In this document: positions 26,752 to 35,855 of the stretch, piece by piece
How positions within the stretch are numbered: the stretch's first letter is position 1
Layout of the letters: each line of letters begins with the position of its first letter
Source of the DNA: an uncultured Pseudobutyrivibrio sp.
GTDB taxonomy: Bacteria > Bacillota > Clostridia > Lachnospirales > Lachnospiraceae
Assembly (NCBI GenBank): GCA_946548305.1
Contig: CAMNPQ010000001.1
Span: 1-47,837 of the forward strand
Reading direction: 5' to 3'
Length of the DNA stretch: 47,837 nt
Notes under the pieces: generated by a model
The model's database searches: none
What the model was told of the DNA's origin: nothing
Seen by the model: only the letters and a program-made list of their open reading frames with translations
Program-made: the position numbers and the translations under genes

Positions 26752-29487
26752 TTACAAACTCAAACCCGCTAGACGTTCTTCTATTCTTTCCAATGACTTT
26801 CTGGTTAATCCCGAATATTCCTTAGTCATTTCATTCAGTGATACTGACAAATATTGCTGCGGAATCCTGTCGAAATCCAAAAGACCTTCTAATGCTTTAG
26901 ACACCTTTTCAGACTCTTTTAAAATTCTAATAGGTGTGTCTAAATTATAAACTAATTTGAGCGATTTGTTCAGCTTGTAGCAATACTCATATTCACCGGT
27001 TTTCAATTCAAAAGATGCAGTATCAGAAAGTGGAAGTGTCACTTTGGCTTTACAGCCAAATGGAATTATTATGTTTATCTTAACTTTGTCATAGTCCAAA
27101 AGACACCATCTCACTTCGTATTTTCCTGCTGCCGAATCATAATATGCTTTAACACATCTTAATTCCCAGTTTAATACGGGGGAAATGGAAATTTCTCTTG
27201 CTCCCGCGCTTTCTTCCAACACATTAATCCCTGCCACATGTCTAAAAACCCATTCTAACACTGCACCATAAGAATAATGATTCATGCTATTCATAGAAAT
27301 ACCAGAAATTTTACCATCATCCAAAAGCGAATTCCATCTTTCCCATATTGTTGTGGCACCCAGCTTAATTTCTCTTAGCCAGCCTGGATATTCCTCATTC
27401 AATAGAAGTTTATATGCCATGTCTGACATACCATTTTCAGTTAGAATATTATTAATAAGAGGAGTTCCAACAAATCCAGTCATAAGATGATCGTTATTGT
27501 CTGCAAACAATTTTCTAAGCTGTTTAGTTGTTAGTTCAATATTATCCGACAAATTATATTTTAGAGTTAAAAGCAATGCGGTCATTGTTTTAATGCAACA
27601 GCGGCCAGATTGTGAATAATACTCTCGCTTGATAAATGCTATTTGCTTGTTAGCTAGTTGTAAATAGTATTTTTCATCATCATAAAATCCAAGTACTAAA
27701 GCAGCTTTCGAAAGAATTGTGGCGCTAACAGCATAATAAAGATTTGCAATATATTCCTCATCTGTAGCCCCATAAACGGCCTCAGTATTACCCGCCATAT
27801 TATCCAGAGCCAACCAGTCACCGTAGTGTCTTTGCTTTCCCCAATTATGATTATCACCATCAACTAACCTAATATAGTCAACCCATCCCTTCATGCTTTC
27901 ATATTGATTACTCAGTATTGTTTTATCTCCATAAAAAATATACAAATTCCATGGAATTATAGTTGCTGCATCTCCCCAAACACAGGATGTAGACTCCACA
28001 TCAAAGCTGGGTATTACATCTGGCACTTTACCATTTCTTTTTCTCTGTTCAAGTTTCATGTCATACAGATATTTTGCATAAAAGGCGTAACTATCCTTTA
28101 GATACATAGCTGTTTGGGAGAACACTTGCGCATCACCGGTCCACCCCATTCTTTCATCACGTTGAGGACAATCCGTTGGAACATCAAGAAAATTTGATTT
28201 AAGCCCCCACTCCACATTACTAATTAGCTTGTTTACCAAATCATGTCCCGTTTGCACAAAGCCAACAGATTCCAATTCACTATATAAAGCAATACCTGTA
28301 AAATCATCAACACTCAGATTACTAACACCTTCAACCTTTACATATCTGTATCCATAAAAAGTAAACCTTGGTCTTATAATCTTTTTGCCGCCGCTAGTAG
28401 TAAAATAGAATTCTGATTTAGCTGACCTTAGATTCTCATTGTAAAAATTCCCCTGCTGTAAAACCTCTCCTGTTTGAATATGAATTTTTGTACCAGCCGG
28501 TTCGTTTATTTTCAGCTCAAATATCCCAGTAAACTCCTGTCCCATATCAAATACCAGCTCTCTAGCTGGGGTATGAATTAACTGAATGGGTTCAATTTTT
28601 TCCCTTTGCCTAACCATAAGGCTCATTCTTTCTGTAAGATTTCCACATGGAGCATCACAATAAAAAGCTACTTCTGGTTTTGCATCTTCAATAGTCTCAT
28701 CAACCCATTCACCATCATAGATGTTTGAAAATACAATATTAGACCTAATTACTTCCCAACTATCATCCGTATATACGATTTCAGTTTTACCATCGGCATA
28801 TTCTATTTGCAATTCAGCAATAAGCTTGAATTCATTTCCATAAAAGCCTGAGTTCTGATTAATTGAATTGAAACCAAATCTTCCCTTATACCATCCATTT
28901 CCCAGTATTACAGATAGATTACCATCAGAAGTAAGCAAATCGGTCACGTCAAAGGTCTGGTATTGTACCCATTCGTTGTAGTCATTGCAGTATGGTGTCA
29001 AATATTCATCGGATATTCTATTATCATTGTAATAGGCCTCATATAATCCAAGACCACAAATATAGAGTCTAGCCTTATTTACTTTTCCATTTAGTCTTAT
29101 AGCTTTTTTAAAAATCGGAAGCCTTTCACTATTATTGCTACAGCTAATCCATTTTCCGTGCCATGGCTCATTCATCTTTCCTGTTTCAAAAAACTGAATA
29201 TCAGATGTTGCTTTATCTCCACCATCACTTTCAACTGTGACCTGCCAGTAATATCTTGTTCGTGGAGTTAAATTAATATCAACAGAAAATGCAAGAGAAT
29301 CTATATCTTCTCTGATGCCAGAATCATAAATCACCTCATTTAATTGCTGATCTCTTGCAATTATTAATTGTGCATTTTTTTGTTTAGTTCCAATAGCATT
29401 TTTAACTTTCCAACTAAACACAACATCATCCATTTTAAATCCAACTGGATTGTATATATGATTAACCTTTAAATCGTATATTTTCAT
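26752..29487 (-). CDS. GH78 alpha-L-rhamnosidase
   Basis: DVPTDCPQRDERMGWTGDAQ, FTFYGYRY, GATTIWERW, SMNHYSYG. Confidence 0.93.
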   Translation of the reverse strand: MKIYDLKVNHIYNPVGFKMDDVVFSWKVKNAIGTKQKNAQLIIARDQQLNEVIYDSGIREDIDSLAFSVDINLTPRTRYYWQVTVESDGGDKATSDIQFFETGKMNEPWHGKWISCSNNSERLPIFKKAIRLNGKVNKARLYICGLGLYEAYYNDNRISDEYLTPYCNDYNEWVQYQTFDVTDLLTSDGNLSVILGNGWYKGRFGFNSINQNSGFYGNEFKLIAELQIEYADGKTEIVYTDDSWEVIRSNIVFSNIYDGEWVDETIEDAKPEVAFYCDAPCGNLTERMSLMVRQREKIEPIQLIHTPARELVFDMGQEFTGIFELKINEPAGTKIHIQTGEVLQQGNFYNENLRSAKSEFYFTTSGGKKIIRPRFTFYGYRYVKVEGVSNLSVDDFTGIALYSELESVGFVQTGHDLVNKLISNVEWGLKSNFLDVPTDCPQRDERMGWTGDAQVFSQTAMYLKDSYAFYAKYLYDMKLEQRKRNGKVPDVIPSFDVESTSCVWGDAATIIPWNLYIFYGDKTILSNQYESMKGWVDYIRLVDGDNHNWGKQRHYGDWLALDNMAGNTEAVYGATDEEYIANLYYAVSATILSKAALVLGFYDDEKYYLQLANKQIAFIKREYYSQSGRCCIKTMTALLLTLKYNLSDNIELTTKQLRKLFADNNDHLMTGFVGTPLINNILTENGMSDMAYKLLLNEEYPGWLREIKLGATTIWERWNSLLDDGKISGISMNSMNHYSYGAVLEWVFRHVAGINVLEESAGAREISISPVLNWELRCVKAYYDSAAGKYEVRWCLLDYDKVKINIIIPFGCKAKVTLPLSDTASFELKTGEYEYCYKLNKSLKLVYNLDTPIRILKESEKVSKALEGLLDFDRIPQQYLSVSLNEMTKEYSGLTRKSLERIEERLAGLSL

Positions 29488-29501
29488 TTTTCTTATACAC
29501 C

Positions 29502-31919
29502 CTATTCAATGCTTGTTTTTGCATAAAACATTCTTTTACTTCCATCAATAATAGTTGTATCAATTACCTTATATCTGTCATTTAATCTAATATCATTTGA
29601 TGAAGCTCCAATAAGGACCTCAATCTCTCCATTTTCTACCATCCATTTCATATCATGATTCAAAAATGCCATTATACTTGGCTGTATTTCAAAAGAAACC
29701 CTTTTTACTTGCCCCAGTTTAAGTGAAACTCTAGCAAAGCCCTGAAGTTCCATGCAAGGTCTAACTAATGATGCTCTAATATCCTTAAGATACATTTGGA
29801 CTATTTCTGTACCTTCCATCTTTCCTATATTTTTGATATCACAACTTATTGTCAATGTTTCATCGACACCTACTTCTTTACTTGATAAGCAAAGGTTGCT
29901 ATATTCAAATTCTGTATAGCTTAAGCCATACCCAAAGAAATACCTTGGCGTATGTGGCAAATCCACATAATCCTTAAATCCTATACTTTCACCCTGATGA
30001 TAGGATGAACCATTTGGATGATTATAATAAATAGGAATTTGGCCAGCATTATATGCAACTGAAAGTGGCAGTTTCCCACTAGGATTTACTTTTCCTGTCA
30101 GAATATTTGTCAATGCCATAGCCCCAAACTCTGATGGATTAAATGCCTCGATTATTCCATTTAGCTTTTTATCAGCAATATCACTGGAAATAGGTCTACC
30201 ATTAAAATGAATTCCGATAAGAGGTTTACCTAGTTCTGCGGCCTTTACTATAAAATCATCTTGACATTTAGGAAGATTGATATCTGTTCCATCAACACCT
30301 TCTCCCATAGTAGCGACAGAGCAAGAACCATGCTTACCCCCTAGAGTAAGAATAGCTACATCAGCTTCTTTAATTGCTTTAAGAGCTTCTTCAAATTCAC
30401 TGTCATCAGCTCCAGCGATAGGATAACCATGGGCATAAATAATTTCATAGCCTACATTAACTAATGCATCCTTTAACGACAAGCAATTAGGCTTTATAAG
30501 CTTTAAAATCTCTTCGAATTCCTCTGTTTCATCAGATTGGATTTTTGTACCTTTAATATAAGAGACATATTTTTTATCATCCTTGTTAGCATCACCAATT
30601 CCTGCAATAGAATTGGCTACTGCGTGTACTGCTTCCGCCATGCTTATATGTGTATATCCACCAAACATGCTTCTTGGATTCGCCCCATGAGGACCAATTA
30701 GCGCTATCTTTTTTATATTCTTTGATAAAGGCAATACACCTTCATTTTTTAATAATACAATCGACTGCTCTGTCAATTGTTCTATTATTTTTACATCGTT
30801 CTCATCTGCGTATATTTTTTCAACATCATCAAAATCAAGTGCATATGGATTTTCAAAAAGTCCCATTCTAAATTTTGCCTCAAGTATTCTTTCTACTGCT
30901 GTATCAAGTATACTTATGTCAGCTTTTCCTGATTTAAACCACTCTATCAGTTCATCACTAAATGCATCCTGCTGTGGCCATTCCATATCCATACCGGCCG
31001 ACATTGATTTAAGTCCTGCTTCAGACAAACTTTCATATAATCCCTGCACATTATATTCGTTGGAAATAGCATTATAATCCGAAACAGCAATTCCATCGAA
31101 TTTCATTTCATCTCTCAAAATATCTGTAAGCAATCTCTTCGATGATGAAGCTGCTTCTCCGTCAATAGTACAGTAACATGGCATAACTCCTCTGAGCTCA
31201 GCTTCAGATATCGCTGCTTGGAATGGCTTACCATATACTTCTCTTAGCAATCTAGGTGGAGTTAAACTCTCTGCACCGTGAATGCCTCCAAGGGAATTAT
31301 GAAATCCCATAAAATGTTTTGCAACGCTCTCTGCTTTAAGTCCATCAGCTCGTTCATCCTCTTGAATTCCCTTTGTAAAAGCCACACCAAGAGCGGAGGC
31401 AAGTGTTGGATCTTCTCCATAGGTTTCTCCCTGTCGCCCCATTCTTGAATCCCTGGAAACATCCAACACTGGTGCAAGTATCTGAGTTATGCCTAATGCT
31501 TTTTCCTGTTTAGATACAATCTGTCCCATTTTTTCTTCTAGTTCTGGATTCCATGCAGCACCTCGGTTTATTCCAGATGGCAAGGATAAACAGCCCTGGA
31601 TAAATCCTCCGCAGAGCCCCTCCATATGAAAGGTGGCAGGAATATTGTGAGGACTACGTTCAATAATTTGTGCTTGTATACGCCTTTGATATTCAATACA
31701 TTCTTTTAATGTTTTTATCTCTCTAATATATAAACATGAAACAGAGCCAACGCCATACTTCGACATCTTATTGGTTCTTTCCCCCATATCCTCAACATCG
31801 CAATTCTCCCAAGGAAAAATCGAATATGTTTGAGCTAATTTTTCCTCAATGGACATCTTCGATATTAAATCTTTTGCACGCTCTTTCGGGGAATATTCCT
31901 TATTCATATATATTTCCAT
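29502..31919 (-). CDS. GH3 beta-glucosidase/beta-xylosidase (BglX-like, FN3 C-terminus)
   Basis: GRQGETYGEDP, AKHF, VSDY nucleophile, VLLKN, GEGVD, NPSGKLP, FGYGLSYT; alternative start at 31907. Confidence 0.92.
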   Translation of the reverse strand: MEIYMNKEYSPKERAKDLISKMSIEEKLAQTYSIFPWENCDVEDMGERTNKMSKYGVGSVSCLYIREIKTLKECIEYQRRIQAQIIERSPHNIPATFHMEGLCGGFIQGCLSLPSGINRGAAWNPELEEKMGQIVSKQEKALGITQILAPVLDVSRDSRMGRQGETYGEDPTLASALGVAFTKGIQEDERADGLKAESVAKHFMGFHNSLGGIHGAESLTPPRLLREVYGKPFQAAISEAELRGVMPCYCTIDGEAASSSKRLLTDILRDEMKFDGIAVSDYNAISNEYNVQGLYESLSEAGLKSMSAGMDMEWPQQDAFSDELIEWFKSGKADISILDTAVERILEAKFRMGLFENPYALDFDDVEKIYADENDVKIIEQLTEQSIVLLKNEGVLPLSKNIKKIALIGPHGANPRSMFGGYTHISMAEAVHAVANSIAGIGDANKDDKKYVSYIKGTKIQSDETEEFEEILKLIKPNCLSLKDALVNVGYEIIYAHGYPIAGADDSEFEEALKAIKEADVAILTLGGKHGSCSVATMGEGVDGTDINLPKCQDDFIVKAAELGKPLIGIHFNGRPISSDIADKKLNGIIEAFNPSEFGAMALTNILTGKVNPSGKLPLSVAYNAGQIPIYYNHPNGSSYHQGESIGFKDYVDLPHTPRYFFGYGLSYTEFEYSNLCLSSKEVGVDETLTISCDIKNIGKMEGTEIVQMYLKDIRASLVRPCMELQGFARVSLKLGQVKRVSFEIQPSIMAFLNHDMKWMVENGEIEVLIGASSNDIRLNDRYKVIDTTIIDGSKRMFYAKTSIE

Positions 31920-31959
31920 CTTTATCCATCCTCCTATTAAACTATTGCTATTTTATTAT

Positions 31960-31992
31960 AAAAAAAAACGCACATTTGACTGTGCGTTTTTT
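31960..31992. terminator. Rho-independent terminator (potentially bidirectional)
   Basis: Perfect 12-bp inverted repeat AAAAAACGCACA-TTTGAC-TGTGCGTTTTTT; on the minus strand the U-tract runs straight into TATAAT (31960-31955). Confidence 0.8.
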
Positions 31993-32040
31993 AGCTATAA
32001 TGTATCTAAATTATCTTTAATTTATAAAATGTCTATTAGA

Positions 32041-32910
32041 TTAAAACCTTTGTTTCATAAATTCTGCACTAAGCTGAATGCTTTTTACAGGATCATTATC
32101 AACCCAGTTTTTATGAGTCTCTAATACAACTGCCTCTATTCCATTTTCCTTGGCAAGCTTTGCATATTTGTCTAGATTCATATTGCCGAAGCCAAGCTCC
32201 ATAGCATCCTCTTTTAATATTGGTGTCATGAATGGTCCCTTGTCTCTGACTCCTCTGTCATTGATGTGCCACATCTGCATACGGCTGCCAAGGTGCTTCA
32301 TATAATCTGCTACATCTGCGCCACCATCTGTAAACCAGTAAGAATCAAATTCAAAATTAACATACTCTGAATCCGTATTTGCGATAATGAAATCGTAGGC
32401 GCACTCGCTGTCTGTCACCTTCTGCAGCTCCACATTATGGTTGTGATATAGTAAACTTACTCCTTCATCCTTTAGAGCTTTTCCCGCAGAATTTAATCTC
32501 TCAGCCAAATTCTTTACTGCTTTATAATCACTATAATCAAATCTATACATTCCTGTAATTACGACTGTTGATGTGCCATAGCTTTTAGCAAGCTCTGCCA
32601 CCGCCTTAGCATCGGCCTCTATTGTGCCCAGATTTGAGTGCATTGCGCTTACCTTTAAACCGCTTTCATCAACTAATTTGTGCCAATCTAAAGCTCCACA
32701 ATTTCCTACAGGCATCCCTCCAAGCTTTGTAAGAAGCTTTACAATAAATGGACTTTTTTGCACCATAAAATCATTTAACTCAATATAATCATAGCCTGCT
32801 GCCTTGGCAGCCTTTAACACTGCAAGAGCTTTCTCATAGTTCTTACATATGCCTCCAATCATTATTTGTTGAAAGCCTACTTTAACTGATTTGTTTTGCA
32901 TATCACTCAT
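32041..32910 (-). CDS. Sugar-phosphate isomerase/epimerase family protein (xylose-isomerase-like TIM barrel)
   Basis: GYDYIEL, YHNHNVE, EFDSYW, HIND, ELGFG, VLE metal-binding pattern. Confidence 0.85.
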   Translation of the reverse strand: MSDMQNKSVKVGFQQIMIGGICKNYEKALAVLKAAKAAGYDYIELNDFMVQKSPFIVKLLTKLGGMPVGNCGALDWHKLVDESGLKVSAMHSNLGTIEADAKAVAELAKSYGTSTVVITGMYRFDYSDYKAVKNLAERLNSAGKALKDEGVSLLYHNHNVELQKVTDSECAYDFIIANTDSEYVNFEFDSYWFTDGGADVADYMKHLGSRMQMWHINDRGVRDKGPFMTPILKEDAMELGFGNMNLDKYAKLAKENGIEAVVLETHKNWVDNDPVKSIQLSAEFMKQRF

Positions 32911-32965
32911 CTTTTTATCCTTCTTAATACTTATAGCTTCCCTTTTTCTGATTAAAATTAAAAAT

Positions 32966-33688
32966 CTAAGCTACACCCATTGCCATATAACTTATATATA
33001 TTACTATAGCTGAAACTAATGGTACTGTCACTGTATCATAGCCTCCTTTAGTTACAAGCTCAGTTATAGCAGCTAGAGGTGCGGCAATAATTACTGCCAC
33101 CAGACAATTAGAAAATGGTATATCGCCAACTAATATCAAGCTTGCCAGTCCAAATGCAAATGCCACAAATGACATAGCTGCTGTGCCTTCCCAGCTCTTT
33201 TTATGATCCACATGCTTAAATCTAAGAACCTTGTGTTTTCCAAACCTTTTTCCAATCAAGGCGGCAGCTGCATCACCGAAGCCCCACATAAGTATTGAAG
33301 CAATAGCCAGTTCCTTTTTTCCAAACAAGCCCCAACATACTGCTATAATTCCTGCCATAGTCCCATACAATTGAACCAAGCTGGATTTTAATTCTCCAGG
33401 CCTTCTTTCGGACATTAGAGATGTAAATTTTTTGCTTTTACTAGATATGATTAATCCTGGATAATTAATTAAAATTACTCCAATTGGAATTATAGCCGCT
33501 GCCATCCATTCATTAGCTGCATAAATCATAATGATAACAGATGAAAATGAAACAAAATGAATTAGCTTTCTGAATAGCTCTTTTGGCAAATTGAAAATCT
33601 TGTTTACTGCAAAAATCATAAATGCCACTGAAAACATATAAATAAAGAAATACTTTAATCCATCCAAAACATCAAATACTATAGTCAT
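32966..33688 (-). CDS. CTP-dependent polyprenol/diacylglycerol kinase-like membrane protein (phytol/dolichol kinase family)
   Basis: ELFRKLIH, GFGDAAAALIGKRFGKH, KKSWEGT and E....GYDTVTVP motifs; multiple TM helices. Confidence 0.8.
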   Translation of the reverse strand: MTIVFDVLDGLKYFFIYMFSVAFMIFAVNKIFNLPKELFRKLIHFVSFSSVIIMIYAANEWMAAAIIPIGVILINYPGLIISSKSKKFTSLMSERRPGELKSSLVQLYGTMAGIIAVCWGLFGKKELAIASILMWGFGDAAAALIGKRFGKHKVLRFKHVDHKKSWEGTAAMSFVAFAFGLASLILVGDIPFSNCLVAVIIAAPLAAITELVTKGGYDTVTVPLVSAIVIYISYMAMGVA

Positions 33689-33717
33689 TTTTCTCTCCTT
33701 TATTCTCCAAATTCAAT

Positions 33718-35121
33718 CTAAATTACAGCTGCCTGCTTATCTTTTTTTGAGACTATTTCTTTAACAGCCCCCAAATAATCCGTATTTACGTTAATTTTAT
33801 TCCATTCGACTATCATAAAAATGCAAGAAATAATTATTGCTCCAAAGTCAGCAACCACATATGCAAGTCTTATTCCTGAAAATCCCAGTATATATTCCAA
33901 TACAAACAAAGCTGGTATTAACAATACTCCTTTTTGCAGAGCTGAGATAATGGTAGCCTGCATTGCCTTTCCTGCAGCCTGCAAAAAATTAGTTGCCAAA
34001 TAAAAGAAACCTAAAAATGGAGAACTAATCATCAATATCATTAAAATAGACTCAGCTTGCGTCGCAACAGTTGTATCCTTTAGGAACAGTGCGATAACTG
34101 AAGTCCGCATTGCTATAACAGCCACCGTTGTTATTGCCCCTGTGCCTACTGTCAAGACAATTAGTCTTTTAATTACCCCGCCCAACTTCTTCTTATTTCC
34201 TGCACCGTAGTTATAAGACATTAATGGCTGTGCTCCCATACATATTCCCATCAATACCATAACAATTATCAAATTAACTCGCCCAGCGGCAGCATTTGCA
34301 GCTATTGCGTCAGAACCATATTTTGATAAAAGCTGATTTGCAAAAGAATTAGCAAAGCCCGATAACAAAGTACTCACTGCATTTGGAAGACCTAAGGCTA
34401 ATATTGAAAATATAAAAATAGGATTCTTTAAAGCATAACCTGGCTTTGCATTTAATACTACAGCCTTGGTTCTCATATAGTGAACATAATAGATAGTTGC
34501 CACCATATTTCCTATTACTGTAGCAATTGCTGCCCCAACAACTCCCATATTAAGCTTTAAAATAAATATTGGATCTAGTACTATATTGAGCATTGTTCCA
34601 ATTAAGTTTCCAACAAGGCCTTCTTTAACCGCACCCTCAGCTCTTAAAACCTGTCCTAGCATATTTGTAATAAGAAGGAATGGTGCTCCAGCAGCAAGAA
34701 TTAACATATATTGCTTTGCAAATTCTTCAATATCAGGTGTTGCTCCCAAAAAGCTAAGCAATGGTTTATTTATAGCAATAATCAATACGCCTGCTACAAT
34801 TCCCAGTATAATCGAAGTCCAAATACAGAGACTTGAAACCATCTTAGCGTGATTTATATCCTTAGCACCCAAATCTCGAGATATTAAAACTGTTCCACCT
34901 CCTGAAATAAGCATTGCCACAGCCATTATTAAATTAAACACCGGACCAACAACTGAAACTGCTGCTACCTGTGCTGTCTCTCCAGTTTGGCCTACAAAAA
35001 TCATATCCGCCATGTTATAAATAAGCATCACCAAAATAGCAATAAGGGCTGGACCAACCATTTTAAAGATAGATTTCCATAAATTATCACTCTCAAATAC
35101 TCTTATCTGTTCATTCTTCAT
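33718..35121 (-). CDS. MATE multidrug efflux transporter (MepA-like)
   Basis: IYNMADMIFVG, LRAEG, NIVLDPIFI, GVVGAAIAT, QPLMSYNYGA; about 12 TM segments. Confidence 0.93.
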   Translation of the reverse strand: MKNEQIRVFESDNLWKSIFKMVGPALIAILVMLIYNMADMIFVGQTGETAQVAAVSVVGPVFNLIMAVAMLISGGGTVLISRDLGAKDINHAKMVSSLCIWTSIILGIVAGVLIIAINKPLLSFLGATPDIEEFAKQYMLILAAGAPFLLITNMLGQVLRAEGAVKEGLVGNLIGTMLNIVLDPIFILKLNMGVVGAAIATVIGNMVATIYYVHYMRTKAVVLNAKPGYALKNPIFIFSILALGLPNAVSTLLSGFANSFANQLLSKYGSDAIAANAAAGRVNLIIVMVLMGICMGAQPLMSYNYGAGNKKKLGGVIKRLIVLTVGTGAITTVAVIAMRTSVIALFLKDTTVATQAESILMILMISSPFLGFFYLATNFLQAAGKAMQATIISALQKGVLLIPALFVLEYILGFSGIRLAYVVADFGAIIISCIFMIVEWNKINVNTDYLGAVKEIVSKKDKQAAVI

Positions 35122-35145
35122 TTTGTCCTCCTTAAATAGTCACTT

Positions 35146-35168
35146 GATATTTGTTAAACAATTGTCTA
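35146..35168. promoter_or_regulatory. Possible TetR operator (overlapping short palindromes)
   Basis: TTGTT-A-AACAA (35151-35161) and TAAACAATTGTCTA lie between the divergent MATE and tetR genes. Confidence 0.3.
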
Positions 35169-35271
35169 TTATCTTTTATAGCTTGATTATAGATGGATTA
35201 AAATTACCCTTCAACCATCAATAATTCAGCAAGTGAAACTTATTAAACAGATTGAATGGAAAGTGTTGATT

Positions 35272-35847
35272 ATGTCAGAAGAAATAATAAAAAAAGAAGA
35301 TGGCCGAGTTAGATATACAAAAATGCGTATTCGTTCTGCCTTCTACGAACTATTGCATGAAATGGATTATGAAAAGATTACTGTTACTGCAGTCTGCAAA
35401 AGAGCTGAAATCAATCGCGCTACCTTTTACAAGCACTATTTAGATGTGGCTGATCTTGTGGACAAGCTTCAGGAAGAAACACTAAATGAATTGTCCCAAA
35501 AGCTTCAAGATGCTATTGATGATAATGCTGAGAGTTTTATTGTGGATATGCTGAAATTTCTCAAAGCTCAAATGAAAAATAACGATGGGGTTAAGCTCTT
35601 TTCTATATCAGCTACAGGCACCTTTACTTCCAAGATATCCACTCTAATATATCTAAAGTTTGCTTCATTTCTTGAGCCAAGGATTCCAAGCAACTCAGAA
35701 TATAGCAAGGATATAGTTTTCGCCTATATAGCCGGTGGCTGCGCCGGGATTATTGATTACTGGGTAAAGTCTGGTTACAAAGAAAATGAGGAAGCTATTG
35801 CGGCAAAGCTTACCGCTCTAGCTTCCTCGACTATAAATTCCCTATAG
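35272..35847 (+). CDS. TetR/AcrR-family regulator
   Basis: DGRVRYTK...KITVTAVCKRAEINRATFYKHY N-terminal HTH; ATG 35272 preferred over GTG 35233. Confidence 0.93.
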   Translation: MSEEIIKKEDGRVRYTKMRIRSAFYELLHEMDYEKITVTAVCKRAEINRATFYKHYLDVADLVDKLQEETLNELSQKLQDAIDDNAESFIVDMLKFLKAQMKNNDGVKLFSISATGTFTSKISTLIYLKFASFLEPRIPSNSEYSKDIVFAYIAGGCAGIIDYWVKSGYKENEEAIAAKLTALASSTINSL

Positions 35848-35855
35848 CAATTTTA

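Noticed and set aside
32966-33688. Calling the membrane protein cdsA (phosphatidate cytidylyltransferase)
   Set aside because: It lacks the SPxKTxEG and HGGxxDRxD motifs of CdsA; RKLIH and GDAAAALIG fit the kinase branch
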